Origin: Takakia lepidozioides
Taxonomy: Eukaryota > Plantae > Bryophyta
Assembly: GCA_030704615.1 (NCBI GenBank)
Contig: CM060734.1
Span: forward strand, 49,414,001-49,478,000
DNA length: 64,000 nt
Reading direction: 5' to 3'
Positions 1-12,678 of this stretch are shown in pieces. A model generated the notes under the pieces. That model did no database searches. It was not told where the DNA came from and saw nothing but the letters and a program-made list of their open reading frames with translations. Every line of letters starts with the position of its first letter. The first letter of the stretch is position 1. A program made the translations under genes and the position numbers.

Positions 1-129
1 ACAATGCAATCGCATATCTGCACCTTCTGCAGAGGAAAGGCAAATATAGTTCCTTTCGGAATATTGTTTCGTTTGCAAGTTCGTGCCATAATCCTTTTGA
101 ACCTATTTGAAACCAGGGTAAACACTTGC

Positions 130-2532
130 CTGTAATATGAATCGTCTTGTGCAGCTCCGACTCCATAGCTTTCTGTACTGCCACATCCTCTCTCAGACGA
201 GCCAGCTTTTCTCTTTTATCCACCTGCCAAAATGTCCATGTATCTAGTTCAAACTTGTGCAAAAATATCTGCATTTCTGCCCCTTCTCTTGGACCGTGGC
301 ACCGGAAGTGCAACCATTCACATTGCCAACTTCGTCATTGAAACGACCTCTAGCAGCAGGGCTGAAAGCAAACTTGTACTTTCTAGTATGCGGTCAGTCC
401 ACCACATCAAATGATACTCAATCCACTCTAACTGGATTGTCAACAGCAGTCTGCAAGATCACCTTTGTGGGGTTTCAGCCCCACAAACAGCTCTGTGAGG
501 TTAAGTACCTCGCGAGGCCTGTGCCTCATCACCAATGCTTACACGATGAGTACATCTCTCACCCTTTTGAGTATTTTCTGAAGCGGTTTTTTGTTTTTAA
601 TGTTTCTTCTTTCTCTCTACACCCATGGACATATTTGTTTTTTCTTCTTCCGTCTTTATTCATTCCTATTCCTGTTGTGCACTTTGGCTCTTCAGGCCTC
701 CCGCAGATGTAGTTCCTTCTCTAAACGTAATAAGCTACCAACGTCAGCCCCTGACAGAGGTAGGTTTTTGTTCCCGCTCAAACTGGGCGCGGGGTCAATG
801 GCCACAAGGCTACGGCAAACAACGTCTTCTGAGTACAATCTAAACGTAATAAGCTTTCTTTTGCTAACCAATTCTGCACACCAAAAGTGAGGTTTATGGC
901 CACAATGCTACAGCAAGCTAAAGCGCACATTCCATTCTCCACAACAGAAACTTACATAGCTTAGGTTCGAAGTAAAGAAATTGACCTAAAATTGACCCAG
1001 AAGTTTGGATGCCTGAAATTATTGCCTTCTCCTTCAATCACAAAGTGGTATACCTGTTCCGTGACATCTGTGGCAACGTAGTTGAGACCTATGGTCGCTC
1101 CAGATGTGCTAAACACTGGCTCCACAGCAATCAAGAAAGTCTTCACACCAAAGAGGTTGGTCTCAAAATGGATTTCGCGTTTCTCAGGCCAACCAGTACG
1201 TAAAACACTGCGTTTGAATTCCATGAGTTCTGGCACACCCATACCCTGGTATATCTCAATGTCTGTCTTGCCTATGACTTCCTGCAAAATGTGAACACAT
1301 TACCTGGTCAACCTCGCCTAAAGACTGAAAACCGTTTGAGACAGTCAGTCAAACCATACTAGAACTGGGTGTAACACACTACTCATATAACAAATCAATT
1401 AACCAAGCTGGTGAACTAGCTTATGACCATGCCAGGAAATCAGGGTGAACGATATCCAGTCCATTCGTGATAAACTGTGGAATGGGAAGGCCATCGTTGA
1501 GCATAGATGCTAAAGGTAGGAATGTGCGTGCAGAAGGTGCAGGAGAGACGTAGTAACTGGATAAGACAGACAGAAGTGGGAAATAGGACCTAAGTACAAA
1601 TATTTGGCATGGGCTGCAGGCTTGGGTGGTTTTGCAAACCTCTTCTCTCAGAGTTGGAAAGGCATTATAGATGAAACGATAACGCAAGTCCTTGTCCTGC
1701 ATGACCACAGCAATCACTTCAGTTGAGCAAAAATGTCCCCTTTGTGCCATCTTACGCATGCATAGACAGTGCACTTAGCCCCATACCAAAGAGGGTGAGA
1801 CCTTGCATCATTGTTGACGAGTGAAAAACATCCTTTAGAAGAGCATACCTGGTGAGCTACAATAACTGGCGACTTTCTTAGAGAGAAACGCAGAAAGTTA
1901 TCCAAACGCGCCACCTGTTTCCGCAAATCCTCCAAATATTGCTGTTCCGGCAAGGTCTCAGAGGTTTCCTGTAGCTTTTTATCTAGAGCCTCCTCCCTGA
2001 GCATGCTTTCTGACAAAAGCTTCTCCAGCATCCTTGCTTTCTCACGCCAATACTCTGCTGGATAATCTCCTTCAATTTCTGACATACTACTAACACTCCC
2101 TAGCACCGAGCTCCATGAACTAGATCTTTCTTCACAGAAAAATCCTTCAATAGAGCGAGGTGCGTTGTCATCATCCACATCAGGAGGGAAGACGGAATAC
2201 GGAATATGCTCTTCCAAAATCTGCCTTTGCCTTTGCTCTGCCTCTAACCTCTGTTGGTTCAAGGTGTCTAGTTGCTTCCTGAGAAGGCTCACAGCATTTG
2301 CCTGCCTATCCTCCCAGAGCTTGGCCAATGATGCCTGGTAGGTGACCCCTGACTGGCTTGAGTGCAAGAGTTCTTCAAAGTGCGCAGAATCAGCAAAAGT
2401 GTTCTCCTTTTGAAGAAGCTGCCCATCCATCTCAGGCCCCTGTGTGTTAAGATTATGATGCCGCCGGTCAGTGTGGACCAAGGCCTGTAAACTCCCAGGC
2501 CACATTGATGGGATCACTTTTTCATCCACCAT
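130..2532 (-). CDS. AHK5: Histidine kinase 5-like (AHK5/CKI2), 5' part; exons 2532-1849, 1696-1640, 1281-1054, 223-130; continues beyond the left edge
   Basis: Spliced translation LDNFLRFSLRKSPVIVAHQ|DKDLRYRFIYNAFPTLREE|EVIGKTDIEIY...KREIHFETNLFGVKTFLIAVEPVF...TEQ|VDKREKLARLREDVAVQKAMESELHKTIHIT follows the AHK5 PAS region and pre-HisKA helix. Exon phases are consistent. Last visible donor is G|GCAAGT. Confidence 0.85.
737..838 (+). mobile_element. 5'-truncated LINE 3' end (family A) with 17-bp TSD
   Basis: Flanked by exact repeat tctaaacgtaataagct (720-736, 839-855). Shares the 3' end ...ggccacaaggctacggc...tgagtac with four other copies in the window. Confidence 0.8.
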
Positions 2533-4312
2533 CTTGGTAGATCATGTGTCGATGCCCATCTCCAAAGAATCCTGGTCTTGATTTATGACCTGCCTTTCTA
2601 CGGTTATATCCAATCTGTCTTGTGTCGACCCTTTTTCCTGAGCATTATAACTCAGAGAACAATGTCTGCTATGCTTGAGAGCTCCTGACATCTTGACAAC
2701 TTGAAACCCTGTCCCTCAATCTTTCAGGTTTGTCTTGGCTCTTTCCACAATTGCCTCCCCCATCCATCACGCATCACCACCCCTGCCTGAAGTAATTACT
2801 GTGATCTGATCAGAATCCAAAGCCTTGAAGCAATGCAGTCAACCTGTCATGCACTTTCACCTCACATCCAATCTGGTGGAGCAATCCACATGCAGGAAAG
2901 TCCAATAAAATCAATCTTCTTCCGTCAATGTTCAAACTTGCTAAACCATCCACTCCTGTAAGCTCTCAGCTTCTTCCAAACCAATCCAACACTGGTGTAA
3001 ACTCTAGTCACATTTATCATTCTTGTGGGGTAGCCTCTCTTAACAGAGCACACTGGCCACCTCTCTTAACACTCCATCACACTCTACTCTCTCAAAGACC
3101 GCTTCCTGCTCCAGCTTGGAAGTCCTTGAACCTGTAGCTTCATCGACTGCCTTGTATTTATTGTATAGCCAGCCTCAAAGCTCCTGACTAATCCTTGTGC
3201 CCGGTCAAATATGCTCCTGTAAGAATGGACACCCTCACCATCACGAAAAATGAAAATGAAAATATAAAGTGTCTGGCTATCCCGAACTCTTCTACGGACC
3301 ATTTCACCTCAGCGGGGTTCATCTCATCTCCGCAAAATCTCGCATGGATCCCTCTCCTACATCCAGCGTACTTGCTTTCTCACAGGCGGGCTGGGAGAGG
3401 GATCTGGTGGGCCAAGAAGTGGTGGTCGAGTCGTAAGATTGAAGCCCCGAGCAGACACAGACAAGGGATAACTCGCACATTCTTTCCCGAGTACACTGGA
3501 CAAGCAAGCGAGTTTCATAAAGAAGAAACCCAGCTCCACTACCCCAATGCAGCAATAGAATAATTCAGCTGGACCTCAGGTCCTCCTCTCTGACATCATA
3601 CAACTTCGGGCAGCACTTGCACCAGACGTCGATAGTTGGTTGCGTCAGACAATCCCCAATTCAGGGCGTTTGTATTTCACAGTCAAGATTCCAAAGAAAA
3701 CCCTTTTCCAAAGATCGGTCAATACAACCACCCTCTTCCAAAGCTGGGCTCATCACTTGGTGTCTGACAACCTTCCAAGCCCGGGCTCATCACCTTCCAC
3801 GTGATCCCCTCCATGTGAGCTCAGAAACTACTTTCAGGCAGTTCGGTACACCACTAATTCAACCCGACCCACATCAACCTACTACTCTATACACCCAAAT
3901 CGAACCCAGAAAAACGAAAAGATCGGTGATGAGGCATACCTGGAGTCCAAAAAGAAGAAATCTCAGATCTCCGATATCTCAATCAGTGATCTCTCTCTAC
4001 TGAGCTGCATCATCGGTGATGTCTATCTTGGACTACGATCTGGCTGGTGCGCGGTGCATTGCAATTGCAAGCGCGCAGAAGAGATCCTGCAGCCAGTTTG
4101 TCGGTCACGTAAGCTCATTCTTCTTCCAAACTTCCTGAGAGTCCTCTCCCTCAACAGCTTTCTTTCCCACGCCGGCTGTTTCCTTACACCTCAATGGCTG
4201 AGATAGAGCAAGAATTTGATCGGAGCGTTTCGGGAACCAGCACGTGGAGGCTTGCCACTGTTCACGCTTTTGTCTCAGAGTGAAGCATAGTCCCGACTCC
4301 CACTTGCGCAAG

Positions 4313-4346
4313 CACATTGAGAACACATTGAGAACACATTGAGAAC
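4313..4346. repeat. 11-bp tandem repeat (cacattgagaa)x3
   Basis: Read directly from the sequence. Confidence 0.85.
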
Positions 4347-4542
4347 CCGGTCGCTATAGACCAACGTAAAAGTTAATAATGAATGAACTTTCGTCATCCC
4401 GTGTCGCTGGATGTTTTATTTCTCGTTCATCTATTTCGGATATAGCAAACGCACAACATTGTCCGCCAGATAAAGTCTACAATAAAAGAGCTCTGCTACC
4501 AACACAGTATAAACTTGGTTGATCACAACATAGTTTCACATG

Positions 4543-4547
4543 GCGGG

Positions 4548-4590
<43 letters not shown>

Positions 4591-4615
4591 GCGTGTTCGA
4601 TCCACGCTCACCGCA
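4543..4615 (+). tRNA. trnF-GAA: tRNA-Phe (GAA)
   Basis: GCGGGGATAGCTCAGTTGGGAGAGCGTCAGACTGAAGATCTGAAGGTCGCGTGTTCGATCCACGCTCACCGCA, the canonical 73-nt plant cytosolic tRNA-Phe. TATA-like gtataaa about 35 nt upstream. Confidence 0.97.
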
Positions 4616-4992
4616 TGCCAATTTACTCCTCTAGGACTAATCCGGTAGGGGGTGTGTGTACCTGACATTTTGTTCTCAGCAGAGTTTTCTATGTAGATAT
4701 GGACAATTCTCCACCAACATTACACTATCATTACCTTTTCTTGATGAACTGCATTGAATTGACTGCAGTCCGAGTCCCCAAAGATCTCTGTGTGGGCAAA
4801 TGGTCTTTCATTGAGTGTGATTTGAAAACTGCATCTCATAATAATGCAGGGGCAAGGAAAGTCGATAGTAAATCATTTGAAGTAGCTTTGGGAATCCAAA
4901 ACAAGGAGTAAGCCGACACCTTCATGACCTTCTACTCAGCCCTACAGTCTTGCTAACCACAGATGATCAGATCAGATCAGATCTTCTTTGTG

Positions 4993-7900
4993 CTACGCTA
5001 TATCCCCGGTAGTTCGCAGTTTAGTGATATTTTTGTGCAGCTCCATGTTTGTTAGGCGCTCAGCGTGAAGAGCCAACTCCAACTGCAATTCCAAACACCA
5101 CCCATGCCAAACAATCAGAAACTGAAATTGATCTGTCCCAAAGATGTAAAGCTTGCTGTTCGAATCACAGGTTCTTCTTGTGTTTTCAGCCATGTCTTCA
5201 TCCGACTCCATACAGGCCTGCATATGTCCACCCAGAGCTGGATTCCAGGGAGGTGGCAGATGAGTCCTTTCTTATGCCACAAGCCCCACAAATAAATGTT
5301 TGGGAGAAGAGGCTTCCCCCTCATTTAATATTTGTTAAGCCTCCACAGCCTGGTCTTGATTGACACATGCTTGCTTGCTTAGGAAATAATTGGTGCCACA
5401 TGAGCCACCACTTGAACAATGTGAAGCTTTGCTTTGGCACATGAAATGTTAAACATCCAGCAGGTGGACCATATGGAACCCCATCCTCATTCTCCAAGAA
5501 GCGCTTGCAAGATGAATGGAGTAAAGATACACTAAAAACATCACCTCCAAATCTGTATGTAGTCATTTCTTTGTGCACAGTGGTAGGTCATGACTTGGTA
5601 TAACTGCCGCATTAGAGTATACTATTCAACAATGTCAACCAGAAAGGCTCATGGCATACCAGCCTGCCCACCTTGGCTGTGCGGGAGCTCCATTCATCCA
5701 AAATTGCCTGCAATCTTTCATTCTCTTCGACATACTGTACCACAATTCGAAAAAACATGTGCAGAATTAGTCTCAACTCATCAACCGGCACAGATTTAAC
5801 TCTCCAAGTACAAATGCAGGATCTCCTATCTCAACATCAACATAAGGAGATTGCCTACCTTGTCGTTCATACAGCGGACACCAAGAATGTCAGACTCACG
5901 CTCCTCTATGAGACTCCGTGCAAGCCGTACCTCAGCCTGCAATTGATCCCTCTATAATGACCAACAATCTTGTTTCAGATGAGTGCTGGTGAAGCTCAGC
6001 TACATATATAGCTGGAAAACGTTAAAACAAAAAATAAAGCTTCATATAAAATAGTCAGCCATGTCAAATTTGGTGCCATTGAGTGTACATCAGAAATAAA
6101 TAAATCACAGTGGGAACATTGAAGTGTGGTCATGTTTCACAATTTTCCCACATACCATCCATCTCAATCTCGGGGAAGATGATGAATGATCCAACGTTTG
6201 GTGGAGAGAGTAGAGTAAGTACCTCAGCTGTAATAGCGCGAAGTTCTTGCTCACGGGCAGCCAAACGATGCACCAAGTCCGCCTGTTACCTCTCAAGCAT
6301 CAGCAGTGTTGATAAAAAAAATGACAAGCCGTATTGATGGGCTAATGCACCATACCTACTGCTAGAAAGATCAACCTACGTGTTGATGGTAATATTTTGT
6401 GCATGAAAGTTAGTTAGGGTTCCAGACCTGGGGCGTCCCATTTTCAGAACCCTCAAATTTCCTCAAGTTTTCCTGAAGCCGCAGGATCTGTAGCCAAATC
6501 CACAAACTTTTAAACCCAGTGCAGGAGGTAGCAATCAATACTCCTGATCATAAGTCAATTTCTGCAACAAAGACTGCGGACAGGGCATGTGATGTTGCAG
6601 ACACTCATATAGACAAGGTTAACCACCTCAAAGCTTGCCCTGCAACCGCTTACTTGTGGATCCAGACACCCCATGAAGCAACTTGTCTTGTCCAAAATAA
6701 AGAAATGGAGGGCCATGGATGAACTATACCTCTTTGCTCAGATGCTGCAGGTTGTCCTGTTGATAATGAAGAAGAGCTGCTTGTTGCTCGGCCAATCCCC
6801 GACCATCAACATACCTATCATAACCAATTACCATCTCTTCAGGCAAACCGCACAACCTTAAATGCAAAAGCACGGCCACTCTTCTGGTAGTTATAGACAG
6901 GTACTATTTGCTGAAGGTCGACAATGCTCTAACAATTAGTAGGAGGGCAGCGGTAAAATGAGCACATCAAAACTCCTGTATTGAAACAATTAGTTAGCAA
7001 CACGTATCATACAACAGGTATGATGAGCATACTAACACTCCTGAACTAAAGAACTCTCAGATTTTCTACCAAAGATTATAAGAGACAAGGGATGCCCAAC
7101 CTCATGTCATCGAGGGTGGAAGGAGGTCGTAGTGCAGAATAAAGAGAATTTATAGCATCAGGTTGGCAATGGGACATGTTATGTCCTTTCACCTTCCCTG
7201 TGTACATCAGTCATCACCATTAGAAATATTCAGCTGTATCCACTGTCTCTAAAACATCACTGTCAACTGGTGATCCCATATGCCCAAGCCTCCTATCAAT
7301 ACAATGATTTTCCTCTCCACCATATACTGTGGCACTGTGGCAGGGAGCTGAATGGATCTTTAGGTGAGAGATTATAACTTACAGATGAAGATGCTGACTA
7401 AAACACCACTCCATGCAATCTGCACCAGTATGACCACCCTGTAGTGCCATATCCAGTAGTGGTTCAAGATCGACAGTGTAAGCTCTCCAAAAACTTTCAG
7501 AAGTTTGAAAAGCAACACAAATCATGAGCTATGGATAAGAATGTGTCATCCCCTACAGTTAAGCTTGCAATACAACTAGACAAATACCTAAAAGGAACAT
7601 CAGATTGTACTGTTGCATGACTCTGACGGTGTTACACACTATCCCTAACACCTGCTATCCTGCATTTGAGAATGAATCATCCTGCAAAACAGCTAAATGG
7701 GCACTTGATCAGTTCCAATTGCATGACAGGGTGTTGTGAAAGATTACCGCAGAATGAGTGCCTGCGGAATGCCCCTCCTCTGCTGGAATGAATGCAATGC
7801 CACCACCACCAAGACTGCTGCCGATCCTGGAACCCATCAGCCACCAGTCCAATTTCCCTATTTGTGAGTAAACCTTCCTGCTGCAGCTTACTGTAAGGTA

Positions 7901-9396
7901 GAAGCCCATGTAGTCAGCATGGTACCAAGAATTGTCTTTCAATATCATATGGGGCCATGTCAACCCAAAGGATGTCTACTCCCGCGTGCAGACATTCTGG
8001 GATCAGGTGATGGAGCCTCGGACATGCGAAGTGCCATTTCTTCTGCATACACAGGAAGCAAAAACTGGGCAGGGGGCTGTCGAATACGGAATCAGTTTGT
8101 GATCCCAAGCGAAGATCCGACCACATGGCCCTATTTATGTAAATGTGAAGGGTAACATGCCCTACCCCAATTAGTGCATACAAGATAGAGCCACTTCCCT
8201 TTACATGCATCATTTGGATAACTCGCAGAAGTGATAAAGGGACTCTGGTCATGGTATGCAAGAGATGGGGTGGTATGGCTATACAAGCCAAATGGTAGAG
8301 ATTGACATGGAAACGTGGATGGATTGCAGTTCCAATCAAGTACAAAATTCTGCAATATCACATACCATAGGCCACAATTCTGAATGGCTGATAAACAATC
8401 CACTCCTGAAGTGTGCTGAACTTGAGAAAGCCCTGCCAGCCACCAATCAAATGCAACATCGCATGACCTCTATCACTGATGCATGCATATAACCATTCTA
8501 CTTGAGACTTCAATGGATTTGATGTTCCTCATGCCCTCAATTGTGCACTGTGAGCAACAACAATGCAAGAGACTGCCCAATTACAAACAAACTTGCATAC
8601 CTGTCGTTGTTCCTTTCTTAACTGCCAACTCAAATATCTCTGCAGAAGACCTGCAAATGCAAATGTAAATGCATGAGACTCCCTTCCCTATCTCTTTTTG
8701 TTCGTTGTGCATTTTGTCCCACGAGCTCTATAAAGTCTGTTCCTTTTTTATCCTCCTCCCTTTTTCTTGAGTAGCTACCAATCACAGCTGGCGAGGGAGA
8801 TGCACCCATGTCTTTGACAAAGAGAAATTCTGTCTCAAACCACATGGCAGTTTGGCCCCTACACATTTCTCAATGTGCTGCATTGGCAAAATACCTCCAG
8901 AAAAGCAAGAGGAGAATGCCAACCTGTAACAAGAAGCAGGAGGAGGTTACAAAGAGAGAAAAAGGGTGCATCGGATATGGAGGTTGGCAGGGGCAGCCAG
9001 TATGAAACTATGACCAGCAAGGCATAGGCTCCCTGCAAGCTCCATCAGCCCAAACATCCAACGTGGGTTACTCCATGTTCAAAAGTAAGTAGTGAAAGCT
9101 AGGAGAGAACTAAACCCTAGACCTCCAACCCTCCCACTGTAGTCCTACTGAATGATTACAGCCACTGGAGCAGTCAAACTATGAACAAGTATTACAAGGA
9201 CTTGCTTACATGCACTGTGGATCTAAGCATGCAAGTGCAAAACTTTCCATTGAATGTGTGGTCATACATGTGCACTAGGGACATTATAGTAAATATGAGG
9301 GTACGTACAAGTAAAACACAGTAAAGAACGGCCCCTAGTATATCTGCTTTCTGATGCCACCCCAACAACGGAAGTTCTGCTAGTGTGTCTGTGAAG
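4993..9396 (-). CDS. FIP1: FRIGIDA-interacting protein 1 / TMEM192-family membrane plus coiled-coil protein; exons 9396-9309, 9032-8924, 8650-8601, 8432-8366, 7826-7748, 7438-7383, 7197-7101, 6814-6730, 6487-6428, 6282-6223, 5951-5859, 5734-5672, 5082-4993; first coding exon unresolved (candidate ATG at 10445)
   Basis: Thirteen GT-AG exons join in phase: FTDTLAELPLLG...GAVLYCVLL, TM segments, PDAINSLYSALRP, AEQQAALLHYQQDNLQHLSKEILRLQENLRKFE, ADLVHRLAAREQELRAITAE, YVEENERLQAILDEWSSRTAKLELALHAERLTNMEL. This is collinear with plant FIP1 as remembered. Confidence 0.88.
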
Positions 9397-10954
9397 CTGC
9401 ATCCTCCATCCCCACACCCACAACAGTATAGTTAACAAACCTGCTGGAAACAATGTGTTTATGGATATGCCATTCTGGCTGCTCTTCAGTAAAGACTCTT
9501 GCTGACAACCCTGTGTCCTCCCTTGTCCTCTCAACTACAAAGTTGAAAAGTTTTGTCCCTTCGTTATTACAGAGCACTGAGTAGAAATTTGAAGGCCAGA
9601 TAAACATCAATTCATGCCTGTCACACAAGCAGAAAATAGCAACTGGCCAACAATACTGATCCAACCTGCCACATACACTGGTGGAAATCTGCCTCATACA
9701 AAGAGGGGATTGACTGGGAAAGGGCTCGCCAGACATGATGGATTCATGGATTCATGGCTAGACATGATGGACTCATGGGCCCAGAGTTATTACACACACA
9801 AAACAAGCCAAATTAATGGCCCAAGCGCCAGATGGAACAGGTAAACAGTAACTAGTTCCCCGCTGCATCCAGTAGTACAATCCATTTGAGACTAGAGACC
9901 GAGAGGTGGTCTGGGTTGCGAAATTGTGACTACAGATCTGGTGAATTTGTTTATGCAATGTCTGACCTATTCTCTTTACATAAGCGTTCATCAGTCGATC
10001 TTAAAGCAGATCAACCCGTCCTCTAAAGCATTCAATTGTATAGGGGAACTTCTGTGCTTTACCAGCAGTCGAGTTGAACCAGAGTTCGTGTGGTAAAATC
10101 ATTTACAGCTGACTACAAAACAAGACGAGAATCCAATTAAAAATCTCCATCACTCAGAGTTCACCATTGTCCACAAAACAGCATCTAAACAGTTCGAGTG
10201 TAATTCATACAACCATTACTAGACCGAAGCCGCAACGATCCTTCACAATTTGCCTGCCCGAGTGTTACCCTATCATCACGCTATACTGGGTCAAACAGGA
10301 GGGTTGGGGGTGTACTTAGTTCATTCCTTCACACTCCACACAACTGCTTCTCTCCATCAACCATATGAGAACTTACTGTTCGGAATTGACTACATCGCCC
10401 GAGGCTCGTCGAGGATCCTGAGCTGGGCCGACTGAAGACTGCCATTGCAACATCCCCCTAGCCTTTATCCCTCTTGGTCCTCCCAAATCCGTCCGAACAA
10501 GTGTGATGGTCCCGGGACCACTAAGTCATCCAAACTTGTGCATTGCAAATGTCATGAATTGCAAAAACTGAAGACTGGGTTGGATCTGGCGAGCTTCTGT
10601 CAGACCCTTTCGCATCTTCACCTAGATATCAAGTCCCTTCTACACGACCGACCGTTGAAGTGCCTCAAGTGAAAGCAAGTCCGAGTTTATGCGGAACAAC
10701 CGCAAATCGAGTACGGCGAAGATAATGATGACCATCATGATCCTTCTCTCTGAACTCGAAATATATTTCCAAATCGCAGAAAGTCTTTGTAATTTAATGC
10801 ATACGCACATTATGGACTATAAACTCTTCTCCACTGCCTTGAATGCGCAGGCAGACTTCAAAACCGTCCACAATCTCGATGTGTTTCTCATCCAACGTCC
10901 GGTTTCACTGCTGCATCATCTCTCCAACTGTGCGCAACGCTTGAGCTTTGAGTA

Positions 10955-11120
10955 GTTTTTTATTTGCGTGGTTCAACTTTTTGTTCTTCTACTTGTGTCT
11001 CTTGGGCCCTTGGGCCTTCCAGTCTCCCTTCTTCTTGTGTTTCTTGTTTGAGCTCCATTGGCCCATGGCCCTCTGTGGACTTTCTTTCTATAAAGCACCA
11101 TTTCATTTCATTTCATTTCT
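10955..11120 (+). mobile_element. LINE 3' UTR fragment (family B) ending in a (CATTT)n tail
   Basis: Ends ...tataaagcaccatttcatttcatttcatttc, the same terminus as the zinc-knuckle-encoding fragment at 32790-33320 (minus). Confidence 0.55.
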
Positions 11121-11953
11121 TTCTCTCTTTCATGCCCATGTCAACTTCTGTGAATGCTTCCATGGTGTCTGTGTAATTCCTTTCTTAGAAACATTGGAGT
11201 ACCAAGCAAGTCATCATTTGGAGAGAATTGTGGGGTGTCGGTAAAACAACTGATTGTCAGGGAGTTAAGACGTAGGACAAGGCAGCATCTATCTGCCAAG
11301 ATGTACTATAGGATCAGAAGAGTCTTGCCCTCTGGAATGAAGAAGGCTCTTGACGACACTAACATGATTTTTAATCACCTATTCAACCCCATCCTTTCAA
11401 TCAATTCCCAAGAAAATTATGTGAAGCCAGAACCTTGCGCTCTCAAAGTTGAACTCATGGTCAATATCCACAGGGACATCAATCTTTCTCTCGTCCTCGG
11501 AAAACAGCAAAGCAACTCAGCCAATCAACGATTCAGAAACTTCACTAAAATTACTGGAAAGGCTGCATACCTTTCTCAAACCCGAAACAGGTGATTCATA
11601 CACAAGGTGATTGTCATTGGCAAATTCACTTCTTCAAAGTGATCTAGTAGTTCTCTCCATCAGGGAGGCCAAAAAGGGCCTTGCAGTGACAAGGCTAGGC
11701 TGATTGCCCTATGATATCAACCCTTGTGCATCACCTCCCAAAACATTTCAACACAGTAATTCAAGCTCAGCTAACCAAACCTCAATGAGCACAGTGCATA
11801 TTATAGGGGATGCTCAAAGAAAGCTCTGTCAAATCCTCTTTGGCGTGAGCCCACGTGTGTGCGACTTTCTTTCTCCCTCTGGACCCTTTACAATCTAAAT
11901 CATGGAGTCAGCTGTACAATCCCCTGAAAGGCTTGTCTGTCTCTTACTCAGCT

Positions 11954-12678
11954 CTAAGCTTTCTGATCAGGTTTCAGATCGATTTTCTTCGGAGGACTAG
12001 GGGCTGACTGTGGACTAGGAGTTCTAGGAATCGAGTGTGAACGCTCAGGAGCAGGCTCCCCTTCTTTCTCCTCTGGCAGTCTCACAACAACAACAGGGCA
12101 GTCGCAGTGATGGACGCAGTAATCGCTCACACTTCCCAGGCGTGCCTTGCGTGAACGTTTTGATGCACCAAATCCTGTCAAACAGTGAGCCATAGAAGGT
12201 GTGAGTTCCTTACATTTGCTGGCCTCAGGAACTTAGACTCAGCAGCATGAAAAGCACAAAAGCCCAAGCATGCTACATACATACCACGGCTTCCCATAAT
12301 GACTGCATTGACACCCAAGCGCTCCACCTCCAGGCATATCCGCTCCTTCATGTCATGATCTTTCACTATATGAATCTTGTATGGAATTCGAGCATCCGAG
12401 AGAGGCTTAGCAAGATCCGAGCTCTTGGCAGAAGTGAAGGCATCAAAGTCCTCTTCCAATTTCTGTTGGGATTCTTTGTCAGCTTCCAGAATTTGGTCAG
12501 ATGCCCCCCAATCGGCTCCATAGAGGACACTTGTAGGTCTGACATGTAGAATAGTGACGTTGTCCCCTGGGCGGAGGTAATTGGCGACTGCCCACTTCAC
12601 AGCATATGCACTCTCATCGCTCAGGTCCACTGCGATTGCTATCTTCCTATCACCCCCCTGACCTGATGACAGCGGCAT
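11954..12678 (-). CDS. Universal stress protein (USP, PHOS32/PHOS34-like); exons 12678-12285, 12174-11954; probable 5'UTR intron 12686-14528
   Basis: RKIAIAVDLSDESAYAVKWAV, KIHIVKDHDMKERICLEVERLG, MGSRG|FGA...LGSVSDYCVHHCDCPVVVVR. Canonical splice sites. Confidence 0.93.

Noticed and set aside
464-487. 9-bp perfect hairpin in an AHK5 intron
   Set aside because: Short enough to occur by chance, with no supporting context.
11154-11594. 146-aa ORF
   Set aside because: No recognisable motif; intergenic, likely chance.
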